Shown: piece by piece, positions 11,701 to 20,318 of the stretch
How positions within the stretch are numbered: the first letter of the stretch is position 1
Layout of the letters: every line of letters begins with the position of its first letter
Assembly (NCBI GenBank): GCA_963828735.1
Contig: CAWHFW010000007.1
Span: 1 to 52,276, forward strand
Direction of reading: 5' to 3'
DNA: 52,276 nt
Source of the DNA: an uncultured Gemmatimonadales bacterium
GTDB lineage: Bacteria > Gemmatimonadota > Gemmatimonadetes > Gemmatimonadales > GWC2-71-9
Made by a program: the position numbers and the translations under genes
Notes under the pieces: generated by a model
Databases searched by the model: none
What the model was told of the DNA's origin: nothing
What the model saw: the letters and a program-made list of their open reading frames with translations, nothing else

Positions 11701-12294
11701 CGCGAGGCGACCTACCTGCTCACGACCGACCAGTCCGGGGACGGCTTTCGGGTGTACGTGGGACACGCCTGGCTTCGCCTGGCGCCCGGCGAGACTCGTC
11801 CCGTCGAGCTGACGTACGAGAGCCTGGCAGGCGATCCATCATTCGGGGCGGCGTTCGAGCGCAGTCTCGAGCGCTACGCTGCTCGCGCGAACCACGTTGC
11901 GGTGACTTCGTGGCTGGTTCCCGAAGGGACGGAGTGCGACACCCCCCGCGAGTGGTGGGGCGTGTCGCTGGACCTGCGGGCCGGGCGGAGAGCATGGATC
12001 GATGACGTGCGCCGCAACGGCGAGCTCGTCACGGGCCGGGTGCGCGCGACCCGCAACGGCTCGATCACTAGCGTGACGTACGGGGACGTACATCTCGCCG
12101 TTTGGGACAGGGAGCACGCCGGACCGGCAACCGTCACTCAGGGCTCCATTCAGCCGGACGGGACGGCGCGAGTTCTCCTGAGCAACGAGAGCCTGCACGC
12201 CATCTCGACCGGCGCGCAGATCGTCGGGATGCTGGCGCGTCCGGCGGACGCCGAGTTTGCGGCGGCAGCCTCCAAGCTCACGCCTCTGGTGTGA
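8773..12294 (+). CDS. Large M6-like (immune inhibitor A-type) zinc metalloprotease with N-terminal propeller-like and C-terminal CARDB/Ig-like regions
   Basis: SVRRYYEEVSY, HELGHNIGLDDLY, DLMA Met-turn, RMRLGWV; ITVHNLG...HFCVRVEI...DNWAQSN; GGAGG RBS before ATG 8773. Confidence 0.8.
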   Translation: MLQRTIPIGHALAPESLTFEEPGNAVWAATVRGGLVTVRLLDGAVSQLGGGYRHPVGVVPMHDGLTVAIVERTGRIWVARRDQAARSRAQQTADLPGRVLAARRHPDAGRLLVLTTRRERGGDADPTIFAVSLADGTVAEVASGLTQARTFVSDDSRRQLIVLAVTPSGVRKLSIVAIDGASVTQVPGSVGNFETIVLAPDASTPGVIGASADATSQGKLELIRLDGTPGPTMNPALPIVSMTRWGSLLLLASGTDLVALEWDLDGGTLSIDAPLGPLYVNGYARLAVALAPTGLALTDVEFLVREGPEAGLVSAAVEPPAPDGARSVMLLAGFRTGEYHLEARRRADGSVLATRRFRVTASWPDAVVGPPVATIGPRQTMRLMSWGGAGAGSVYIKPAPETIRVAVVLVSTNSRRWGALEVGAKSAWRDRLIGPGDSVRRYYEEVSYRGTAGPVGSSPGTTVQLLGDRILGPVDLQEGWGDVFEPKKGGGVNGGWMSTATGKQLLANAISAWLADQPDGTQILELADAIVTVVRSASDAPISMPPLTPIPTLYVWGHASHIDFWRKTATTFTQGPKAITLVTDAYPAALPVAPILEHTVCHELGHNIGLDDLYDAHGDYPAEVNARTPDNADLMASSRPLPHFSIANRMRLGWVQAAWLRRFDFAASPTGGTVTLHAAERLTRAGPPAGRFAGIEVPLQDGWSYFFELRRTQAGQIGDQLLNSLSASQPFVLGTDLRVGGGEPARPPILSLPTDADGDGPVLDTAGEDYKESDVTNPAVMHDFTLRVQSLAIPDADSAVVQVDYIGAHRPQLQIRPAPGKGNFKSPDIDVVGTFGAVLPWVVKGAPNAIRITVHNLGTLAATQVQIHVRWLPFTVSAGPWQSLTDPAPFDVPALGLTSLVVPWNVPASVKVGDVEANHFCVRVEIDRFRDAAHPEREEIVVADNWAQSNFDAVSVPFGSPSDRIRTAATLSNPLGREATYLLTTDQSGDGFRVYVGHAWLRLAPGETRPVELTYESLAGDPSFGAAFERSLERYAARANHVAVTSWLVPEGTECDTPREWWGVSLDLRAGRRAWIDDVRRNGELVTGRVRATRNGSITSVTYGDVHLAVWDREHAGPATVTQGSIQPDGTARVLLSNESLHAISTGAQIVGMLARPADAEFAAAASKLTPLV

Positions 12295-12859
12295 GCCCAA
12301 CTTTCGGGACGACGGAGGGAGCGAGGGGCGTAGCCGGAGAACAAGGCCGTGACTACACGGGAATTCCGAACCCATCCACGGCGACCTTTTTTCCGCTCTT
12401 CGACCTCGCTCCCTCCAGCTTCCCCCCTTTGTACTGATACCGCAGGAACTGCCCCGCGCCCGGCGCTGGCGTCAGCAGGAGGCTGGCGCGATCGTCGGGT
12501 GACGGGCGAGCACAGCAGTTGTTGTGGCGAGGGGTGCCGCCACGTCCTCAGGAGTCGTCGCCAGCGTATACCGGCGCCGCGGCCGGCAGGTCCCACCGTG
12601 GAATCCGAGCGTAGTCCACTTCGGTGAAATAGGAGCCGTACCGTGGCCCGCTGGCATCGCCGCCAGGGTCTGGGGTCACGATGGTGCGGAGCACGTGGCG
12701 CTGATCGTCTACCGGGTCCGGGAGGAGATGACGGTGGAGGGAAGGCCGGTCACGCTCCGGGCGGGCCGTTGCAGTCGCCGGCACGTATGCGTTAGTCGAC
12801 CCGACACGAGCCCGCCGCCGAGAGTATGAACTCCGGCGGCGGCCGTCGGTCGGGACCGT

Positions 12860-13813
12860 TCAGGGCAGCCGAGACGAGCGATGACCCGATCTGGCGGCCA
12901 TGCCGGCCGGCCCACCAGCGAGCCCTTGCGCGATGGCCGACGTCCGGGCGCTCAGCCAGGCCAGGAACATCCGTTCCGGAGCACGCTCGTCCCGTCCTCG
13001 CCCCCAGCAGGCATAGGTGCGGATCATGGCCGGTCGGCCATCCGCGAGGTGCAGTGGTACCCCTTTCCGGGCCGCATCCGACAGCTTCGAGCGTGGGAGA
13101 ACACCGGCCCCCAGGCCCAGATCGGCCCACTCCTCGACCACGCGATAGCTGATCGCCTGGCCGGGATACTCCTGGATTCCGACGCGGGCGCGGCGGAACA
13201 GGTCGCGCACGGCGTCCGCCAGGCCACACCCGCGGGTGAAGACGAACGTCTCTCCCCGCAGCGCCTTCAGGGAAATACTCCCCCCCTGCCCTTCCAGCCG
13301 GGCATGACGGGGCAGCAGCACCAGCGGTTCCTCCTGGAGCATCACGGCATCGCGCAGCTTCCCGTCGAGCCGCACCATGAGGGCCAGATCGATACTGCCC
13401 GCGGCAAGCCGCTGGCCCAGGTCCTCGGCCAGGCACTCCTTGAGCACGATCTCGGTATCGGCATGGTCCCGGTGGTAGGCGGCGAGCGCGAGATGGATCG
13501 GCTGGAGGTTCACCGCCGGCGAGAATCCGATGCGAATGATTCGATGGGTTGGCCGCTGCCAGCTGCGCGCGGCCTGGCGGATTTCCAATTGCGCGTCGAG
13601 CACCCCGGTGATGAGCGGGAGGAGGTGGGTGCCGAAGGGGGTGAGGCCGACCTGCCGAGTGGTGCGCTCGAACAGCCTCCCGCCGAGCTCGTGCTCCAGC
13701 TGGGCCACGGCGGTGGACAGGCTGGGCTGACTGATGTGGCACCGCTCGGCCGCGCGGGAGAACGAGCGATCCTCGGCCACGGCCTGCACGAAGCGGAGCT
13801 GGTTGAGGTTCAT
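12860..13813 (-). CDS. LysR-family transcriptional regulator (OxyR-like N-terminus)
   Basis: SFSRAAERCHISQPSLSTAVAQLEHELGGRLFERT HTH plus substrate-binding domain. Confidence 0.95.
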   Translation of the reverse strand: MNLNQLRFVQAVAEDRSFSRAAERCHISQPSLSTAVAQLEHELGGRLFERTTRQVGLTPFGTHLLPLITGVLDAQLEIRQAARSWQRPTHRIIRIGFSPAVNLQPIHLALAAYHRDHADTEIVLKECLAEDLGQRLAAGSIDLALMVRLDGKLRDAVMLQEEPLVLLPRHARLEGQGGSISLKALRGETFVFTRGCGLADAVRDLFRRARVGIQEYPGQAISYRVVEEWADLGLGAGVLPRSKLSDAARKGVPLHLADGRPAMIRTYACWGRGRDERAPERMFLAWLSARTSAIAQGLAGGPAGMAARSGHRSSRLP

Positions 13814-13915
13814 ACTTATCGCTCAGAACGATAGGTTGTATTCAATAATAGTATTGGCCAATAAACATAGCACTCCCTAGCTTCAGGCTCAACCCATCAC
13901 CCTGGAGCTGACCGT
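13814..13915. promoter_or_regulatory. Divergent LysR control region
   Basis: AT-rich gap with inverted repeat TATCG-N7-CGATA (13817-13833, contains T-N11-A) and palindrome TATTGGCCAATA (13852-13863). Confidence 0.6.
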
Positions 13916-14449
13916 ATGCGTACCGCCCACGTTCTGAGCCTGGTGCTCGCCCTGACCCCCTTCGTCACAGGCGCCGCGCGCGCCGCGACCCCTCCGACCC
14001 TCGACGACGCCGCTGTGCTCGCGACGTTCGACCAGGTGAACGGCTTCGACATCGAGACCGCCCGCCTGGGCGCCGTCCGCGGCAGCTCCGAGGCCGTGCG
14101 CAGTCTCGCCGCGGACGTGCTCCGCGATCACAGCATGGTGCTCCAGATGGCCCGTGACCTCGCCGCCCGGGTCGGCATCTCCTACCGGGTCCCCACGGCG
14201 GATGACGGCACCCGGTCGCATGCCGCCGCATTGACCGAGCTCGGCCGCCTGAGCGGAGCCGCCTTCGACGCGGCCTACCTGAGATACGAGATCCGTTTTC
14301 ACGATGGGGCAATTCACGCGGTCAAGGAGGTGCTACTTCCGAGCGTGACCAATCCCGAGCTGCGCACCTTGCTCAGCACGGTCGTGGCGGGGTTCGAGCA
14401 TCATCTCGCGATGACTCGCGACGTCGCCAGGCAGCTCGGGGTCAGTTGA
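13916..14449 (+). CDS. DUF4142 domain (ferritin-like) exported protein
   Basis: Signal peptide; DIETARL, DH, LSGAAFDAAYLRYEIRFH, HHLAM helical pattern. Confidence 0.85.
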   Translation: MRTAHVLSLVLALTPFVTGAARAATPPTLDDAAVLATFDQVNGFDIETARLGAVRGSSEAVRSLAADVLRDHSMVLQMARDLAARVGISYRVPTADDGTRSHAAALTELGRLSGAAFDAAYLRYEIRFHDGAIHAVKEVLLPSVTNPELRTLLSTVVAGFEHHLAMTRDVARQLGVS

Positions 14450-14547
14450 GCCGAGGTGGTGCGTGGGTGTAGAAGAACAATCCCGACGGCCTCTTCAATC
14501 CGACCAACCGTCGCGTGCCATAGCGGAAGGAGCCCTGGCTGGATGAA

Positions 14548-14574
14548 TCCGCGGCCGCTCAAGTCGGCCGCGGA
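14548..14574. terminator. GC hairpin between convergent genes
   Basis: TCCGCGGCCG-7nt-CGGCCGCGGA; no U-tail. Confidence 0.35.
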
Positions 14575-14617
14575 GCGCACGATGCCCACGACCACGCCCG
14601 CCCGGCGCACGCGGTCT

Positions 14618-16204
14618 CTACCAGTCGGAGGGACGATAGTCCTTCAGGAACTGCCCCCAGACATGCTCGCCGGTGTTCACTCCCATGACGATCGGATCGA
14701 CGATCCGCGCCGCTCCATCGACGATATCCAGCGGTGGATGAAACCGATGCTCCGCCACTTTCCGCGCGGCGATCTCCGCCGTGTCCTCGTCCGTCACCCA
14801 CCCCGTGTCCACGCTGTTCATATGGATGCCGTCGGCCTGGTAGTCGGCGGCCGCGGTGCGGGTCATCATATTGAGCGCGGCCTTGGCCATGTTCGTGTGC
14901 GGGTGCCGCGTCGTCTTGAAGTTCCGGTAGAACTGCCCCTCGACCGCCGACACGTTCACGATGTGCTTGTCACGCTCAGGGGTGCGAAGCATCAGCGGCT
15001 TGAGCCGCGCGTTGAGGATGAACGGCGCGACGGCATTGACCAGCTGCACCTCGAGCAGCTCCACCGACGGCACATCCGCCAGCAGCATCCGCCACGAGTT
15101 GCGCTCGCGCAGGTCCACCTGCTGCAGGTCCTGGTCGAGCCGGCCCTGGGGGAACAGATGCCGCCGCGGCTCGCGCTCTTCCTCTAATAGCGGCACCTGC
15201 GACAGCTCGGCCGGGTGCACCAGCCCGGCGATGCTCGGCAGCCGGCGCTCGAACGCGGCCGGCGTCACGGCCGTACCCGGGCCGGCCGTTCCGTCGAGGT
15301 GCAGGTGCGCGCCGCGCCAGCCATGCCAGCCGCCGAGCAGCTTCCGCACGGGCTCCGGCATGCCGTGGAGCGCCGCGCGCTCGCCGTCCATCATGTGCTC
15401 GTAGAACTCGGGCGGGCGGCGGACGGTCTGGCAGGCGTTGTTGATGATGAAGTCGAGCCGGTCGCGCGTCGCCAGCAGCTCGTCGCAGAAGGCCTCGACG
15501 CTCGGCGTGTGGCGGAGGTCGAGCCCGAAGATCTCGAGCCGGTGGCCCCACTCGCCGAAGTCCGGCTCCCGCGCGTAGCGCGCCGCCGAGTCGCGGGGGA
15601 AGCGGGTGGTGACGATCAGCCGCGCGCCGGCCCGGAGCAGCTTGATGCCGGCCTGGTAGCCGATCTTGACCCGCCCGCCGGTGAGCAGCGCCACCCGGCC
15701 CGTGAGGTCGGCCGTCTCGGTGCGCTTGGCGTAGTTGAACGCGGCGCACTCGGGGCAGAGCTGGTCGTAGAAGTGATGGATCTCGGTGTACTTCTGCTTG
15801 CAGACGTAGCAGTGCTGCGGCTCGATCGGCTCGCGGAAGTCGGGATCGTCGGCCACCTCGCGCTGCTCGAATTCCGGCGGCGGGAAGACGTTGGGACTGG
15901 TGTAGACCGGCTGGCGGCGCAGGGTCCGGATACCGGTGGCGTCGAGCACGCCCTCCTCGCGGCGGACCTTGGTCGCCTTGCGCTGGCGCATGGTGGCGCG
16001 CACCAGGCGGCGGCGGGCGATGGCGTCGGGCGAGTAGACGTGGCCCGCGGCCTGGAGCAGGCGGCGCTGGTCGTCGGACGGGACGCCGGCGAGGAGCGCG
16101 CGGTCGGCGACGATCTCCTCCAGCAACGCGGTGGCAGCGCGGAGGCGCGCGAGAAAGGCGGCGTCCGTGGACGGGCCCGGTGACGTGCTCTGGGGTGTCG
16201 TCAT
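14618..16204 (-). CDS. SDR-family oxidoreductase with N-terminal Cys motifs
   Basis: CYVCK...CPEC, ALLTGGRVKIG, INNA, HTNMAKAALNM, VDTGWV. Confidence 0.85.
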   Translation of the reverse strand: MTTPQSTSPGPSTDAAFLARLRAATALLEEIVADRALLAGVPSDDQRRLLQAAGHVYSPDAIARRRLVRATMRQRKATKVRREEGVLDATGIRTLRRQPVYTSPNVFPPPEFEQREVADDPDFREPIEPQHCYVCKQKYTEIHHFYDQLCPECAAFNYAKRTETADLTGRVALLTGGRVKIGYQAGIKLLRAGARLIVTTRFPRDSAARYAREPDFGEWGHRLEIFGLDLRHTPSVEAFCDELLATRDRLDFIINNACQTVRRPPEFYEHMMDGERAALHGMPEPVRKLLGGWHGWRGAHLHLDGTAGPGTAVTPAAFERRLPSIAGLVHPAELSQVPLLEEEREPRRHLFPQGRLDQDLQQVDLRERNSWRMLLADVPSVELLEVQLVNAVAPFILNARLKPLMLRTPERDKHIVNVSAVEGQFYRNFKTTRHPHTNMAKAALNMMTRTAAADYQADGIHMNSVDTGWVTDEDTAEIAARKVAEHRFHPPLDIVDGAARIVDPIVMGVNTGEHVWGQFLKDYRPSDW

Positions 16205-16238
16205 GATCGCGGAATTCTAACGGGCCGGCGTGGGGCGA

Positions 16239-16577
16239 GCCATCGGTGCAGGTGCGCCGGCGCGCGGCCGGCGCTCGACGTGCCCGCCGGGGCGCTGCAG
16301 TAGTCGCCACGAATGCGTTAGGTGACCACCGGCGGTTGAGGTAGTGGCGCCTACTGACGCGCCCCTCTGGGCACGTCAGCGCCGCCCGCGCGCCTGGGTC
16401 CCGGGAGGGCGCGCGCCGCCTTCCCGGATGGTCGCGGCGCGGGGGCGACGGGATGGCTCCCGCAGGGCGCGTCAGTAGACGCCACTACCTCAACCGCTGG
16501 TAGCAGCCCAACGCCTGCGTGGCGGCTACTGTGGCGCCCGAAGGGAGCTATCCCGGCGCACCCGCGCCGGGCGCGCA
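16239..16577 (+). repeat. Dual-hairpin element copy 1 (full length)
   Basis: Head GCCATCGGTGCAGGTG, hairpin H1 16261-16392, central hairpin 16401-16427, hairpin H2 16434-16569. Confidence 0.95.
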
Positions 16578-16723
16578 GAGCCGCAGAAGTACGCGGATCT
16601 CGATGGCACCGCGGGCATACTGCCACACGATGGTCCACGCCACGCTGAAAAGCCACCGGTCCGTTCCCCCTTCGCTAGCAGAATGAGCTGCCACCTAACG
16701 TCACACCTCCGGCGGAGCTCCAT

Positions 16724-16972
16724 CTGCGCGCACCGTGGTTCGAGATCGTGGGACCGGTGCGTGGCCCACAGACCATCGCGACGTCGGATCGCATTCGCGA
16801 GCTTCCGCGCCTGCTCAAGCAGTACGGACGCGGGCGGTGGCGAAAGCGGAAGGGATTTGCGACGGTGCGCCTGGTCGATGGTACGGTGCGACAGGCGGAG
16901 ATACATTGGTACGAAGCGACCGGTGTCGGCCGGAAGGAACTCAAAATCAAGCGCTACCTGGATCTGCCATGA
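16724..16972 (+). CDS. Small basic hypothetical protein (putative toxin); start uncertain (CTG 16724 or GTG 16748)
   Basis: WFEIVG...IRELPRLLKQYGRGRWRKRKG...AEIHWYEATGVGRKELKIK; ATGA overlap with next gene. Confidence 0.75.
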   Translation: MRAPWFEIVGPVRGPQTIATSDRIRELPRLLKQYGRGRWRKRKGFATVRLVDGTVRQAEIHWYEATGVGRKELKIKRYLDLP

Positions 16973-17253
16973 GCCGGAAAGCCGGATTCGTCCTCTGCAT
17001 CGACACCGGGGAATACCCCACCTCCCTGCAGCACCGGAAATTGTACGAGGTGCGCCCTGACGCGGACGCCGAAGCGCACGGCCAGCTGAGGATCGTGGAT
17101 GACTCCGGAGAGGACTACCTCTATCCCCGAGATTACTTTCAGCCCCTCGTGCTGACGCCGTTCCTGAGCCGGCTGCTTCGCGGCGCAGGCAAACAAGCGA
17201 GTAAGGGCCTTCGCCCGGTCCGCCGACCCGCCAAGCTTCGAACCCGGCGCTAG
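16969..17253 (+). CDS. Small hypothetical protein (putative antitoxin/partner)
   Basis: FVLCID..YPTSL..RKLYEV.PD.DA..HGQLRIVDDSGEDYLYP; translationally coupled to upstream gene. Confidence 0.75.
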   Translation: MSRKAGFVLCIDTGEYPTSLQHRKLYEVRPDADAEAHGQLRIVDDSGEDYLYPRDYFQPLVLTPFLSRLLRGAGKQASKGLRPVRRPAKLRTRR

Positions 17254-17256
17254 CGG

Positions 17257-17448
17257 CCCATCGGTGCAGGTGCCGGCGCGCGCCGCCTTCCCGGATGCTC
17301 GCGGCGCGGGGGCGACGGGATGGCTCCCGCAGGGCGCGTCAGTAGACGCCACTACCTCAACCGCTAGTAGCAGCCCCTCGCATGCGTGGCGGCTACTGCA
17401 GCGCCCGAAGGGAGCTAGCCCGGCGCACCCGCGCCGGTGCGCACCGGA
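17257..17448 (+). repeat. Dual-hairpin element copy 2 (H1 deleted)
   Basis: Head joined directly to the central linker at GGCGCGCG; intact H2. Confidence 0.95.
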
Positions 17449-17529
17449 GTCCCGCGGTCCACTGCCGTCCCGCCTAGCTAAACCGCGCACCCTCGGGCAT
17501 CTTCCGTCGTCTCCCAACACATAGGCCCC

Positions 17530-20207
17530 ATGCCCGAACTGCTCGGCCGCCTCCAAGCGGCCCTGGTGGACCGCTACCGTCTGGAGCGCGAGATCGGCGC
17601 CGGCGGAATGGCCACCGTCTACTTGGCCCAGGACGTTCGCCATGCCCGGCGAGTTGCCCTCAAGGTGCTTCGGCCCGAGCTTGCCGCCGTGATCGGCGCC
17701 GAGCGGTTCCTGGCCGAGATTCAGCTCACGGCCAACCTGCAGCATCCGCACATCCTGCCGCTGTTCGATTCGGGCGAGGCCGACGGGTACCTGTTCTACG
17801 TCATGCCCTTCGTCGAGGGCGAGACGCTGCGCGACCGGCTCACCCGCGAGAAGCAGCTCGCCGTGCCGGACGCCATCCGCATCGCCGAGGAAGTGGCTGG
17901 CGCGCTCGACTATGCGCATCGTCACGGCGTGGTGCACCGCGACATCAAGCCCGAGAACATCCTGCTGCACGACGGCTCGGCCCTCGTGGCCGACTTCGGC
18001 ATCGCGCTCGCCGCCAGCAAGGCCGGCGGCGCCCGGATGACCGAGACCGGGATGTCGCTGGGGACGCCGCACTACATGTCGCCCGAGCAGGCGATGGGTG
18101 AACGGGAGATCACTGCCCGCTCCGACGTGTACGCGCTCGGCTGCGTGCTGTACGAGATGCTCACCGCCGAGCCGCCGTTCACCGGCGCCACGGCGCAGGC
18201 GGTGGTGGCGCGGGTGGTGACCGAGGCGCCGCGCCCGCTCCACCCCCAGCGCCACACCATTCCGCCGCACGTCGAAGCCGCCGTGCTCACGGCGCTCGAG
18301 AAGCTCCCCGCCGACCGCTTCGCCTCCGCCGCCGACTTCGCGGCGGCGCTCCGGAACAAGGGCTACGCGACGACGACGGCGGTGCCCGCGGCGGACGCGC
18401 CGGCGCGTGCGACACGACGTCGGCGGGACTCGAGGCTGGTGGCGGCGCTCGCGGTGGCCGGCCTCGCCACGGCCGCGGCGCTGTGGGGCTGGCTCCGCCC
18501 GGCTGCCGCGCGAGCCGCTGACGCAGTTCAGCGTCGCGCTGCGCAAGAGCGAGGAGCTACAGCCGCCGCCGACCAGCGGCGGCGGACGGATCGCGATCTC
18601 GCCCGACGGCCGCCAGATCGTGTTCGTGGGCCCGGGCCAGGGATCGAGCCAGCTCTGGCTCCGCCGGCTCGACCAGCTCACCTCCACGCCGATCGCGGGG
18701 ACCGAGGGCGGCTACAGCCCGTTCTTCTCGCCCGACGGCCGCCAGGTCGGGTTCATCAAGAACGGCAACACGCTGCGGATCGCGTCGCTCGACGGGACGC
18801 CGACGGTGACCCTGATCGACACCGCCAACACCACCAGCGCCGACTGGAGCAGCGACGGCTGGGTATACGTCGAGGGCGGCGCCGGCATCATCCGCGTACG
18901 GCCCACCGGCGGACCGGTCGAGCCCGTGTACGCGGTCTCGGCCGAGCGCCACGAGGTCGGCGCCGAATTCCTCAACGCGCTGCCGGACGGCGGCCTCTTG
19001 TTCCGGCTGCGCTACGGGGGCAAGGGCCAGAACGAGTTTCAGATCGGCGCGATGAAGGTGCCAAAGGGCCCCGTGAAGCTGCTGACCCGCGGGGTGTTCG
19101 CACGCTACGCGCCGACCGGCCACCTGATCGTGGTCACCGCCGAGGGAAAGCTGATCGCCTTCCGTTCGATGCGGCCAAGCTCGAGCTCACCGGCCCGCCG
19201 ATCGCGCTGCTGGAGGGCGTCGGGGTCCGGGCCGGCGGGTTCAGCGTGGACCTGGCCCTCTCGCAGAGCGGCACGCTGGTGTACACCACCGGCGGGGCCA
19301 TCGGGGCGCGGCGGGTGGCGTGGGTGACGCGTGAAGGAGGGGCCTCACCGGTGGACCCGGCTGGGACCCGCAGGGCACCATCGACGCCATCGCCCTGTCG
19401 CCCGACGAGAAGACGCTCGCGGTGGCGCTCTCGCGGAACGGGAAGTCGGACATCTGGGTCAAGGCGCTGCCCACCGGCCCGTTCTCCCGGATCACCTTCG
19501 GCGACACCGGCAGCGTTCGTCCGGTCTGGGCGCCCGACGGCCGGTCGCTGCTCTACATCTCGGACCGGGCAGGCTCGGGCGTGGGCCCCGTCTACGAGCA
19601 CCGGGCGGATGGCACCGGGAACGCCACCGTCGTGTTCCGCTCTTCCATGGACTGGGGGCAGATCGTGCCGTCGCGTGACCGGCGGTGGCTGATCCTCAGG
19701 AGCGCCCAGTTGACAGGCAACGCCGGAATCTTCGGAGTCCGCCAGGGCGATACGACCGCGACTCCGCTGGTGAGCTCCGCCGCCACCAACAACTTCCCGG
19801 CGCTGTCACCGGATGAGCGGTGGCTGGCCTACGCATCGGACGAGTCCGGCACCGTGGAGATCTACGTGCGGCCGTTTCCCGAGACCAGCTCGGCCAAGTG
19901 GCAGGTCTCCACCTCCGGCGGGAGCCAGCCGGTCTGGAGCAAGAGCGGCCGCCAGCTCTACTACCTGAACGGCAAGAACGAGCTGGTGGCGGCCGACATC
20001 CGGCCGGGCGCGACCTTCGCCGTGGGGGAGCAGCGGGTGCTGTTCTCGTTCGCGCCCTTCCTCCGGCTGGGGCCGATTCCGTCGTATGCCGTGACCGCGG
20101 ACGACCGCCGTTTCATGATGCTGCGGGAGGGCGAGTCGGCGCAGGAGAGCGAGCTGATCGTGGCGCAGCACTGGCTGGACGGGCTCAAGGGCAAGACCGC
20201 GCGATAG
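17530..20207 (+). CDS. Ser/Thr protein kinase-TM-TolB/PD40 propeller protein; apparent frameshifts near 18500, 19160 and 19360
   Basis: GAGGMATVY, HRDIKPEN, DFG, YMSPEQ; SPDG repeats spread over successive frames; collinear with the intact paralog at 24810-27506. Confidence 0.9.
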
Positions 20208-20318
20208 CGCAGGAAGGCAGGGCAGCTCGGATGGGGTGGCCGGTTTTACCGGCAGGCTGCGATCTCCCTATGCAACCACTCGGCGCGCCGTTGCGCCTCA
20301 CCCCGTCCGGGAGTCCCT

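Noticed and set aside
12524..12829. Possible small cupin-like ORF
   Set aside because: No clear start, RBS or motif; at best a remnant
16311..16518. Repeats as classical integron attC sites (GTTAGGT in H1, GCCCAAC in H2)
   Set aside because: The boxes are in the wrong order, AAC is lost in most H2 loops, the element is too long, genes lie on both strands and no intI is present
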